Of a stretch of 32,883 bases of DNA, positions 17,321-25,954 are shown piece after piece. The translations under genes and the position numbers were made by a program. The first letter of the stretch is position 1. Each line of letters opens with the position of its first letter. The stretch is from IMG/VR virus record IMGVR_UViG_3300049218_000083, positions 133,861 through 166,743 of that record. One strand, written 5' to 3'. Source of the stretch: a virus. The notes below the pieces were generated by a model, which searched no databases, was not told the DNA's origin, and saw only the letters and a program-made list of their open reading frames with translations.

Positions 17321-18261
17321 TACTTGATCTCACATTCAACCATCACTTCCGTCAGAAACGCAGCTAGATTGATTTCCTGATCCGCAACCTGCGAAGCATA
17401 TTGCAGATACTTACCCAACAACACAACCAAAATCGGATGAGACTCTGGCTTGAACATATCGTTCATCTTCAGATAGATGTCACGCATGATGACACCCGAA
17501 TCAGCATCCGAGTTGTTTCCAACCCACTTCCGCAACGCTTTGAAGTCTTTGGCTTTCAAGAAGCCAACAATTTCCTCAACCTTGGCATCAGTTGCCTGGG
17601 CAAGAATACCTTCATCGATCGCACCTGACGCAGCATACTTCTGCAGTTCACCCAATGTCCGGCGAAAGTCTGGAAAGAATCGCGTGATAACCGCAGCTAC
17701 CACTTCCTTCTTGTATGGGACATTCTGTTCATCCAGAATACCAAGCGCACGCTTGAAGAAGTCAGCAGCCATCTTCTGTTTGTCAGATTTCTGCAGCTTG
17801 AAGTCAATCGGTGGACATCGGCTATGAATCGCCGGAATGATACGGTTCTTGTGATTACAGGTGAAAATGAAAGAACAGTTTTCACCAAACTCTTCGATCG
17901 GACCACGAAATGCGTCCTGGGCATCAGCAGTCAATCCATCAGCCTCATCCATGATGATGGCTTTGCGGCCACCACCCAACGATACACTAGAGGCGAAGTT
18001 TGGAACCTTGACCTTGATAGTGTCAACACCACGATCCCTACCTGATCCATTCAATAGGATGTAGTCAACACCAATTTCTTCGCACATAGCACGCGCGATA
18101 GTTGTCTTGCCAGTGCCGGGAGTGCCGGTCAGCATCATATTCGGAATTTCACCCTTGTCGACGTATGTCTGGAAGATCTTCTTGGTCACTTCCGGAACGA
18201 TACAATCTACCACTTTCTTCGGGCGATAAATCTCGACCCACAGAATATCATTACCAATCAT
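17320..18261 (-). CDS. 44: Clamp loader large subunit (T4 gp44-like)
   Basis: LWVEIYRP, GTPGTGKTT, DEAD, SRC motif, FPDFR. Confidence 0.97.
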   Translation of the reverse strand: MIGNDILWVEIYRPKKVVDCIVPEVTKKIFQTYVDKGEIPNMMLTGTPGTGKTTIARAMCEEIGVDYILLNGSGRDRGVDTIKVKVPNFASSVSLGGGRKAIIMDEADGLTADAQDAFRGPIEEFGENCSFIFTCNHKNRIIPAIHSRCPPIDFKLQKSDKQKMAADFFKRALGILDEQNVPYKKEVVAAVITRFFPDFRRTLGELQKYAASGAIDEGILAQATDAKVEEIVGFLKAKDFKALRKWVGNNSDADSGVIMRDIYLKMNDMFKPESHPILVVLLGKYLQYASQVADQEINLAAFLTEVMVECEIK

Positions 18262-18273
18262 AAATTCCTCACG

Positions 18274-19005
18274 TCACTGGGTATAGAGTTTCCACGCTTT
18301 CAGGTAATTGTGTTCAGCAATTTCCCATGACCAATTATACTTGATACCACCAAACGATTCGAGATATGATGCTACAACTTCCTTGATTCCATCCTGGCTT
18401 GGCCAGTCTGCACCTTTGGTGACCATCAGACTATCAGCCTCGACAAACAGCGCGATGATGTCAGCACGCTTGCAGCCTTCGGTAATCTTTGATGGTAATT
18501 TGAACTGTTCACGCAAACGCGCATCCAGTTTGCTTTCAATCTCTTTGTACTGTGGCAGTAAGACCTTCCATGGTGATGGAATATCTGCCAGGTACGCTTC
18601 CGTTCCATCATGCAGCAATCCTTCCACTGGATTTCCTAGATCAAGGTCCTGCATGATTTGAGAAACAAGAACACAGTGCTGCGCGACGGAGTAGAACTCC
18701 ACGCAGTGTCCGTTAAATCTGCAGAGCTTGCTGAGTGCAGAAGCTATTACATTAATGTCGAATGGACTTCGATCTATGTAAAAGTTCTTACCATTGACCA
18801 GTTCAATGAACAGGCCATCGGTCATCTTTTCTTTGTATACTTCGTCAGCTTGCTTTGTAGGAACGAACAAGGGATCAACCTCACTGCTTAAATAGCAACA
18901 GGGAACGCAGTGATAAACACCTGGCATCCTGTGACACGAACAAGTACAACCACCGAAAGCTTTCGGCAAGTCCTTGTTGAAATAATTATTCGGAAGAAGG
19001 CTCAT
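18274..19005 (-). CDS. HD-domain 5'-deoxynucleotidase (YfbR/YfdR-like) with a Cys-rich N-terminal extension
   Basis: CRFNGH, YSVAQH, LLHD..EAY..DI.SP.K, KRAD. Confidence 0.85.
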   Translation of the reverse strand: MSLLPNNYFNKDLPKAFGGCTCSCHRMPGVYHCVPCCYLSSEVDPLFVPTKQADEVYKEKMTDGLFIELVNGKNFYIDRSPFDINVIASALSKLCRFNGHCVEFYSVAQHCVLVSQIMQDLDLGNPVEGLLHDGTEAYLADIPSPWKVLLPQYKEIESKLDARLREQFKLPSKITEGCKRADIIALFVEADSLMVTKGADWPSQDGIKEVVASYLESFGGIKYNWSWEIAEHNYLKAWKLYTQ

Positions 19006-19363
19006 TGTCTATCACCTGTCGAACTGCTTCTTCCAGAGTATTGTCTGGCTCCGGACGTTTGATCACAACATAACCAGCACGCTCAAGAGCAGCGATCTTG
19101 TTGTGAAGACGCATCTCTTCTTCTAGTTTGTCCTGGCGACGCTTCGCCCAAAGATCAACACGAATGTGATCCTGAAAATCTCCAGGATTCTTCAACTCTG
19201 GTATGGTCTCAGACAAATACACGTTGATGTTATTGATCCTGAAGTGAACTTGATCACTCAAGGTTTGCAGTTGTTCCTTCAACTGAGCCTGTGTTACACA
19301 TGGCTCAGCTTTCGGTGGAAAAATATCTTCCGCTGCTTTGCAATCGCAATTACTGCAACCCAT
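18986..19363 (-). CDS. Hypothetical protein (125 aa)
   Basis: AGGAG SD; packed between 45 and the HD gene. Confidence 0.75.
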   Translation of the reverse strand: MGCSNCDCKAAEDIFPPKAEPCVTQAQLKEQLQTLSDQVHFRINNINVYLSETIPELKNPGDFQDHIRVDLWAKRRQDKLEEEMRLHNKIAALERAGYVVIKRPEPDNTLEEAVRQVIDNEPSSE

Positions 19364-19364
19364 G

Positions 19365-20087
19365 TTAGGCTCCTACGACGCCTTCCTCAAGCAACTGAGG
19401 CGCATCGAAAGAAGACTGCTTGGACTCGATCGAGATCCAATACTGAAGCTTCTTGGTCTTGTGTGTGAAAAGAGAAACGCCAACCTTGGAAATCTGCACC
19501 GTGTATTCGCCTGGGATGACCTTCAGGTTGTCGATCTTGAAGACTGCCTTGAAGTTGGCAGAAGCAACGGTGCCCAGCTCTACGCTTGCACTGTCAACTA
19601 CTTCACCCTTCACGTCGACCGCAGAGATGGTGATGTTCTCACCAGCTTCACCGGCGACAACGATGTTTGGACACTTCAGGATGCTCGATACGTTGAACAC
19701 CCAATCGAAGATTTCTTGAGTTAAAGTCAGATCGACGTTGAACTTCTCGATCTTCAGTTCCTTGGATGGCGGACCCATGATAAACTTGGTGTCAGTGAAA
19801 CGCTGACGAATCTTACCCTTGCCATTCAGGCCAAGGAACACGAATGACTCGTTTTCGATTTCCACTTCCAACGCGCTCTTGTTCAATGACAACAGCGCCA
19901 GCAACTTGTTCAGGTCATAGATACCAAACTCATTCTCGAACGTCTCATCTACAACCGCACGAGCAAGGATTGTCTTGTTCTGGGAGATGGTACGGATCAC
20001 ATTGCCTGGCTTGATAATCAAACCGCTGTTGATCGATGCAAAATTCTTCAGGACTTCAACAAAGTTCTCACTCAATTTCATGTGCAA
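19365..20087 (-). CDS. 45: Sliding clamp (T4 gp45-like)
   Basis: LKNFASINSG, FGIYDLN, NLKVIPGEY, YWISIE. Confidence 0.96.
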   Translation of the reverse strand: MHMKLSENFVEVLKNFASINSGLIIKPGNVIRTISQNKTILARAVVDETFENEFGIYDLNKLLALLSLNKSALEVEIENESFVFLGLNGKGKIRQRFTDTKFIMGPPSKELKIEKFNVDLTLTQEIFDWVFNVSSILKCPNIVVAGEAGENITISAVDVKGEVVDSASVELGTVASANFKAVFKIDNLKVIPGEYTVQISKVGVSLFTHKTKKLQYWISIESKQSSFDAPQLLEEGVVGA

Positions 20088-20116
20088 TTCTCCAAAATGT
20101 AGTTCTATTATAAATG

Positions 20117-20737
20117 TTAACGCTTGGCGTATTCGGTAATTTTCACCTGTAATTCTTGCACTGTACCATCATTTCTGATTACAGTTTGCAGCAACGGATG
20201 ACCGATCCATGCCCACTCCGAATAGTGAACCTCTGGATATTGCGGCATGGTTTGAACTGTTCCATCCCAATTGTTTGCTTCGTTGATGGCAACAGCAGTG
20301 CTGTACCAGGCTGGCCTCTCACCACGCATGATCTGTGCAAGCTTGCCGCCAACGTGCATGACCATTTCGATTTCATTTGGAAAGCGAACATCAGTTATGA
20401 CGTAATCCTTGGTCGTGTCCAAACTGCGCAGCAATGCACCAACCCATAGATCCTTTCCGAACACATTGCGACCAGCTTCAGTGCCCATCCATTGGAGCAC
20501 TAGACGTGGTGTGATAGTCTTCTTCAACACAGCTGACCAGTACTCGTCAGGCTGTTCACGAAACGCACGTGATTCCGGTGTGTCACCTTCAAGTAAATGA
20601 CGTGGCCATCCGAAAATAACCGCAACAGCATCTTTCAGAATCTTAGCAAACGATACTGGAGTGAATCCGTCAGCTGCTAGGAGCTCTCCAGCAGTTCCCT
20701 TGCCCGATCCAATGATGCCTAGAAATCCAACGATCAT
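20117..20737 (-). CDS. Deoxynucleoside monophosphate kinase (T4 gp1-like)
   Basis: GIIGSGKG, SFA..LKD, PRLVLQWMGTE, ITDVRFPNE, HYSE. Confidence 0.92.
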   Translation of the reverse strand: MIVGFLGIIGSGKGTAGELLAADGFTPVSFAKILKDAVAVIFGWPRHLLEGDTPESRAFREQPDEYWSAVLKKTITPRLVLQWMGTEAGRNVFGKDLWVGALLRSLDTTKDYVITDVRFPNEIEMVMHVGGKLAQIMRGERPAWYSTAVAINEANNWDGTVQTMPQYPEVHYSEWAWIGHPLLQTVIRNDGTVQELQVKITEYAKR

Positions 20738-20883
20738 AATTCATCCTTCTTAAAGGCTATTGGCACCGCATAGTTCTTAGCTTTGTGCCAGCTTTCCTGT
20801 ATCTCTTCTTGCGTTGCAGCAGGAGGTGATGGATATTCGATTGGACCTTTTGCTGGCGTCTTTGGTTTGGTCGACTCGGTCAT
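20734..20883 (-). CDS. Small hypothetical protein (49 aa, MTESTKPK...)
   Basis: ATGA overlaps at both ends favour the start at 20883 over the track start at 20949. Confidence 0.6.
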   Translation of the reverse strand: MTESTKPKTPAKGPIEYPSPPAATQEEIQESWHKAKNYAVPIAFKKDEL

Positions 20884-21110
20884 ACTGGGTCCGCCGTTAC
20901 ACCAAGAACACCCTTGGCATCTGGCTCCGGAAGGCTCAACACCTTCCAAGATTTACCAAGTGGTTCTTCTCCATCTGGTGCCTCTTCAATGATCGCGATG
21001 ACTTCACCAACCTGAACACCTGCTAATCCAAGTTGTTCACGCCTTTCTCCGGTTACAGAAACGACTGAGAACTTACGCAGTTCGAATGAAGTATCGATAC
21101 CCTTGATCAT
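20880..21110 (-). CDS. Hypothetical protein (76 aa)
   Basis: TAATG coupling to the glycosyltransferase gene. Confidence 0.7.
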   Translation of the reverse strand: MIKGIDTSFELRKFSVVSVTGERREQLGLAGVQVGEVIAIIEEAPDGEEPLGKSWKVLSLPEPDAKGVLGVTADPV

Positions 21111-22096
21111 TACAGATTTCCTACCAATTGCGCAACCGCAGCCATGTTACCTTGGAACGCATACGTACCGACGTGGAACGTGCGCATCCATGGACACAAC
21201 CAAATTTCTCCACCCATGTTGCGCCACTGTTGACAGAAGAAATAGTCTTCTGACAAATAACGCTCAGATCCACCGACTTCAACAATTTCACCCTTCTTGC
21301 GTTCACCCAGGTCCTGTTGAATTTCCATCTGACGCTTCTTGTCGATGATGCAATCAAAGTATGCGTGAATGTAACGAGATCCATCAAAGTTAGCTTGACC
21401 GACATGGTCAGGCTTGTAGCTGTACTGAGGATACTGAAGAGCCCAACGCAAGAAGACCTCGCGCTTGATCATCATGTAACCTGTACCGATCTCCATAACC
21501 TTCAGTGGTTCACCGACGTTGAACTGACCTGTTCCAGCAACTGGATTGAAGACATAGTCTCCAATGGTTTGTTCAACTTCCTGAGAGGTCAACTCTTTTG
21601 GAACATCATACAGTGGCTTGGCGATAACTGCCCCATCTGCAGTTGGACCAGCAGCCTGTGCAGCCATGTTTTCAGCAGCAATCTCGATGTTCTTCTCGTT
21701 GACCGTCTTGATCAGGCTATGACGTTTGTTGATAGCTGTAATCGCACTGTTCCACTTGATAGACTTCTTTGGATATGGTGCACCAATGATGTCCTTGTCG
21801 AGTGCCATCAAAGCCAACACATCTTTCGGATCGAAGTGAATATCGGCATCGAGGAACAACAAGTGTGTGTAACCTGAACGCAGGAACTCATCGACCAGGT
21901 AGTTGCGAGCTCGCGTAATCAAGGATTCGTTGAAGATGAATGAGAAGCGATTCTCCATTCCGTACTGACCGCACATACCCTGAAGGTCAAGGCATGCTTT
22001 CATGTACATACCAAGGCACATACCACCATACATTGGAGTGGCGATGAAAAGCTTGTTCTTACGTAGCTGCTCAACACTGATTGATAAATTTACCAT
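21110..22096 (-). CDS. GT-A fold glycosyltransferase
   Basis: FIATPMYGG, ESLITRARN, LLFLDADI (DxD), GTGYMMI.R, YLSEDYFFC, HVG. Confidence 0.85.
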   Translation of the reverse strand: MVNLSISVEQLRKNKLFIATPMYGGMCLGMYMKACLDLQGMCGQYGMENRFSFIFNESLITRARNYLVDEFLRSGYTHLLFLDADIHFDPKDVLALMALDKDIIGAPYPKKSIKWNSAITAINKRHSLIKTVNEKNIEIAAENMAAQAAGPTADGAVIAKPLYDVPKELTSQEVEQTIGDYVFNPVAGTGQFNVGEPLKVMEIGTGYMMIKREVFLRWALQYPQYSYKPDHVGQANFDGSRYIHAYFDCIIDKKRQMEIQQDLGERKKGEIVEVGGSERYLSEDYFFCQQWRNMGGEIWLCPWMRTFHVGTYAFQGNMAAVAQLVGNL

Positions 22097-22165
22097 TTGG
22101 GATCCTGTTCTTGTTATTAGAGGCGGATGATTACCAATAATACCGCAGCAAACTGTAAAAGGAAA

Positions 22166-22732
22166 TCAACCTAAGATCAATTCGTCAATGAGATACTGAA
22201 TGATCTTGTGCTGATCTTCTGGTGTTTCGTTCACATACGTTTCAGACAGCGGCATCAGAACCATGTTTGACATGAGATTTTCGATCTTCGTTTCACGACC
22301 ACGCTTGAACGTATCTGTTTGCGTATCGTTCCGAACTTCATGACGAGCATGAATTGTTGCTGGACTTGCTGTAATGAAGATGATCTTCAGGTCGAGCGTA
22401 GGATCATCCGCAAGCAATTCCAAAAAAGACTGATTGAAAAGACGGTCACCCTCGAACAGCACATTGCCTGTTGTCTCTTTGACAAACTTTACAGCTTGCG
22501 GCTGAACAGCCATTGAGAGGCGATCAGTTCCACCGAACGGTTCACCCTCTGGGTACTTACCGATGATGTGCAAGTTTGATCCAGACATATAGAGTGTAGG
22601 GACTAGCTTCACATCCTCACGCTCAAACCATGTCGCACCTGGTCGACGATCTTCGGTTGACTTGATGAACTTCTTCATTATGGTCGACTTGCCAGTCGCT
22701 GGTTCGCCGCCGATTGCTATAATTTTTCTCAT
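22166..22732 (-). CDS. P-loop nucleotide kinase of the type linked to phage base-modification loci
   Basis: GGEPATGKST, IGKY..GE.FGGTDRLSMAVQP, FEGDRL; ATGA-coupled to the dioxygenase. Confidence 0.8.
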   Translation of the reverse strand: MRKIIAIGGEPATGKSTIMKKFIKSTEDRRPGATWFEREDVKLVPTLYMSGSNLHIIGKYPEGEPFGGTDRLSMAVQPQAVKFVKETTGNVLFEGDRLFNQSFLELLADDPTLDLKIIFITASPATIHARHEVRNDTQTDTFKRGRETKIENLMSNMVLMPLSETYVNETPEDQHKIIQYLIDELILG

Positions 22733-24030
22733 CCGAACAAATGCTCCAATGAACTCTCTTCTTCAAGAGGGTGATATTTGTCAACTAGAACCTGACCAAA
22801 ATTCTGGCCAAGGAACTGATACCATTCATCCGACTCCCACATACCTGGGCTGATTCCATTCCAACCGTTTCTCCAAAGCTTGTGGTCCTGGTTCTTGCGG
22901 CGCGACTCTACAAACTGAAAGCGAGCATCTTCGTATCGTTTCTCACCCAGTTCGAGCATCTTCTCTCGCAAGTAACACACCAGGCTGATACGCTCAAGCT
23001 CGACACCCTCTTTCGCAACGATTGGGGTGTTCCCATGGATGTACTCATGGTTGGAAACCAACAACAAATCACCCGGACGAATGTTCACTGCTGCTCTGAT
23101 CTCTGGGAGAATCAGATAGCCACCTTGATAGTCAAGGTTCTTGGCAACGACAGTTAGGTTCGAGAACCCAGCGGCAAAGTCGCCTGCGTCGCGGTGCGCT
23201 GCTGTACGGAAGTTCTTGTTGACAGTGATAGTCGTCAGTGGTGTTCCAGGAATCCGGAACGCTGGATCGATCTTATCCGCTGCCTCCATCTGTGCAGCAT
23301 ATCGCTTTGGTAAGAACTCCTTGAACGCTGAACTCAGCCGCTCCATGAATGGATAGCAAAGTTTCCAGGTGTCGAAATTCTGTGCCGTGTACGCTGTAGC
23401 TCGACCATACGGAATGCGCGGATACCGATCAAACCAGCCGGCAATACCAGAGTCGACAGGATTAGCGTAGAAGGTATCGCTGATCAAATCAGACAACACC
23501 CACTTGGCTTCTTTGCGGACCTTCTCGAGAGGGAGGCCATAAAGACCGTTCAGCCACTGTTCAAAATCGAACTTGTGTTTCTCTTTCTCGGACGTCAACC
23601 AAACCATGCCGCGAGTGCCCTGCTTCTTGTTAGCCACGAAGCGGATCTGCTCGATGTCAGTTTTCAAGTCTGTGAAATGACTGGAGCCAAGGTCGACAAG
23701 ATATTCGAGAACGTCGATTTGCTCATCAGTCACCCAGTCGCGGTTCAACAGCTTTGGGCCCAGGGAGCCAGCTGCCAGGCCACGGTTTTGAGTGGCGTGC
23801 ACAGCTCCGCGTAGACCGTCATAGGCACCGATCTGTTCAGCCTTGGTAAAGTAATTCTTGCGAAACTTCAGGATGACGTTACTTTCATCGTTCACCTGTT
23901 CAGCACCCATGGGCAGCTTGAGATATACGTCGCAGTCTTCATCCAGCAACGTATCGTAATGAGCCTCGTCTAGAAATTGACCGAGGAGGTGGTCACAATC
24001 ATGTTTCTCGAGAACTAGAACTTTTGTCAT
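22729..24030 (-). CDS. TET/JBP-family 2-oxoglutarate/Fe(II) dioxygenase
   Basis: TTITVNKN..TAAHRD (HxD), GDLLL...IHGNT (distal His), RISLVCY (2OG-binding Arg); C-terminal SLEHLFG. Confidence 0.85.
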   Translation of the reverse strand: MTKVLVLEKHDCDHLLGQFLDEAHYDTLLDEDCDVYLKLPMGAEQVNDESNVILKFRKNYFTKAEQIGAYDGLRGAVHATQNRGLAAGSLGPKLLNRDWVTDEQIDVLEYLVDLGSSHFTDLKTDIEQIRFVANKKQGTRGMVWLTSEKEKHKFDFEQWLNGLYGLPLEKVRKEAKWVLSDLISDTFYANPVDSGIAGWFDRYPRIPYGRATAYTAQNFDTWKLCYPFMERLSSAFKEFLPKRYAAQMEAADKIDPAFRIPGTPLTTITVNKNFRTAAHRDAGDFAAGFSNLTVVAKNLDYQGGYLILPEIRAAVNIRPGDLLLVSNHEYIHGNTPIVAKEGVELERISLVCYLREKMLELGEKRYEDARFQFVESRRKNQDHKLWRNGWNGISPGMWESDEWYQFLGQNFGQVLVDKYHPLEEESSLEHLFG

Positions 24031-24127
24031 GGAATCTTCCGTAATGATGGAACCCAGGCACTGACACCTGGGTCCCGATTCAACCGCATATTCTGGTATA
24101 TATGCGATACCACTTTCATCTACTACA

Positions 24128-24156
24128 ATTCTATACTTTATGAAGAGTCCTGTAAA
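24128..24156 (-). promoter_or_regulatory. Sigma70-type promoter for the dioxygenase-kinase operon
   Basis: TTTACA-N17-TAGAAT about 100 nt upstream of ATG 24030. Confidence 0.7.
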
Positions 24157-24232
24157 GTTACACCATCGTACCTTGTCCTCCGTTTAGAAGTTCACATCGC
24201 TATCGTCATCACCCGTATCCATCACGCTTTCG

Positions 24233-25885
24233 TCACCCGCCAGTCGCGACCAGCTTCGCCATCTCTTCAACCGTCTGGTCGAGAAGGTCGCCGGTAGCCG
24301 CGAGGATGTCCGAAGCGGAAATCGTACGCTTGATACCGAAGGCAGTCACCTCAGCACCGCCAGTGGCCTTGTTCCGGATACAACGCACCGAGTGCTTGTA
24401 TTTGGAGGAAACCGCTGCAACGTTGCGGGGATCGCCGAAAGTCATGGCAGATATGTCGAACGTGGTAGTCTTACCAGCAGCCTGACGGAGCGCGAGAAGC
24501 GCATCCTTCTTGTTACCAGCAGCCGTCGTCGCCGTCTTGGCAGGAGCCATCGGGCTGGAAGCAGGTTTCGGGGCAACAGGAGGCTGGTTAGCCGCAGCCG
24601 CATGAGCATTCTTACGCAAGGCGACCAGCGGATCCTGGGCAGTAGCCGCAGGAGCAACCTTCGCAGCCTGTGCAGGAGCCTGGGCGACGTTCTTCTGGCC
24701 AAACACGATCTTCTTGTCGAGGTCGGCGTCGATCTTCGAGTAGAAGTCCATGTAAACCGTCTTGACTTCGTTGTCGAAACGATTCAAGCACAACTCGATG
24801 GCCTTGCGGCGAGTCTTGAAGATGCAGTAAGCACGAACGATGTGGGTCAACCGGCGAGTGGAGATCACTTCCGAGACCGAACCAGCGGCATAACCCTGGC
24901 GGATCATCTCAGCCCACTTCGCAAGGTGCGCCGCGAACTGCGTCACGTTCAGCTCAGGTTCCGGCTTCAGTTCGTTGAAGAGTTTCTCGAGAATCGACCG
25001 CTCGGTCTTCTCGCTGGGATATTCCTGCTCCACCGTGATGGCGAACCGTTCCAGGAACGCGTCGTTCAGCACGTTGGCACCGATGAAGCGACCGTCGTCC
25101 GAGCCTTTGCCCTTGGTGTTGGCAGTAGCCATCACGTTGAAGCCAGGAGCCGGAGTGATGTACTCACCACGCTTCTTGTTGAAGTAGCCTTTGCCTTCGA
25201 GGATGGGCTGCAAGCACAGGAGGCGCTCAGAGCCATAGTCGGTTTCGTCCAGGAGAAGAACCGCGCCACGCTTCATGGCGACGACGACCGGACCATCGCG
25301 CCACTTGGTGTCACCATTGACCAACTCGTAGGCACCGATCAGGTCGAACTCGTCAGTCTCCTTGGTGATGTTCACGCGGATCAACTCACGCTGTGCCTCG
25401 TTACAAGCCTGGGCGACCATCAGGGTCTTACCGTTGCCGGAGAGCCCAGTGATGTAGACAGGGTAGAAAATCTTCGAGGCGATGATTCCCTTGAGATTGT
25501 TGTAGAAGCCGAAGGGGACGTAGCCAGGCTCCTTCTCAGGGATGAAGTTATCTTTGATCACGGCAGGTTCACCATCCGTGATGTGGAGAACGTTAGCAAC
25601 CGCTGTGGCGACCATGTTTTCGTTGGCCGCCTCGCGCACCACGTTGGCCGGATGCAAGAAACGGGAGTCGGTGGCGTCACCTGCCACGCGGAACTTGCCC
25701 CAACCAGCCTTGTATGTATCGGCGGCGAGGAACCGGGGATTCTTGTAGCCTTTGGCTTTCACGAAGTCATCGACCTGTTTAGAGGTCACGATATCGGTGC
25801 CGTAGAAGGCAGAGATTTCGGCGCAGAACTGCTTCTGCTGCGCTTCATCGTAGGATCGGGATTTAACAGTCACTTCAGTCTCCAT
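24233..25885 (-). CDS. MoxR/CobS-like AAA+ ATPase with a long C-terminal extension
   Basis: GLSGNGKT, LLLDE, ATANTKGKG, AFLERF, ISTRRL. Confidence 0.92.
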   Translation of the reverse strand: METEVTVKSRSYDEAQQKQFCAEISAFYGTDIVTSKQVDDFVKAKGYKNPRFLAADTYKAGWGKFRVAGDATDSRFLHPANVVREAANENMVATAVANVLHITDGEPAVIKDNFIPEKEPGYVPFGFYNNLKGIIASKIFYPVYITGLSGNGKTLMVAQACNEAQRELIRVNITKETDEFDLIGAYELVNGDTKWRDGPVVVAMKRGAVLLLDETDYGSERLLCLQPILEGKGYFNKKRGEYITPAPGFNVMATANTKGKGSDDGRFIGANVLNDAFLERFAITVEQEYPSEKTERSILEKLFNELKPEPELNVTQFAAHLAKWAEMIRQGYAAGSVSEVISTRRLTHIVRAYCIFKTRRKAIELCLNRFDNEVKTVYMDFYSKIDADLDKKIVFGQKNVAQAPAQAAKVAPAATAQDPLVALRKNAHAAAANQPPVAPKPASSPMAPAKTATTAAGNKKDALLALRQAAGKTTTFDISAMTFGDPRNVAAVSSKYKHSVRCIRNKATGGAEVTAFGIKRTISASDILAATGDLLDQTVEEMAKLVATGG

Positions 25886-25954
25886 AAAGTAAGTTCACCA
25901 GGCCAGTAGTTTGAGGGTTAGTGTTACGATAAGAAAGAGGCGCAGTTATCGTTT

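Noticed and set aside
18274-19005. DatZ / 2-aminoadenine (Z-genome) system
   Set aside because: No purZ or mazZ in the window, and the motifs fit YfbR/YfdR-like nucleotidases; cannot be excluded for the rest of the genome.
24158-24181. GGAGG followed by an ATG-GTG-TAA minigene
   Set aside because: A two-codon ORF abutting the -35 element; easily arises by chance, with no further support.
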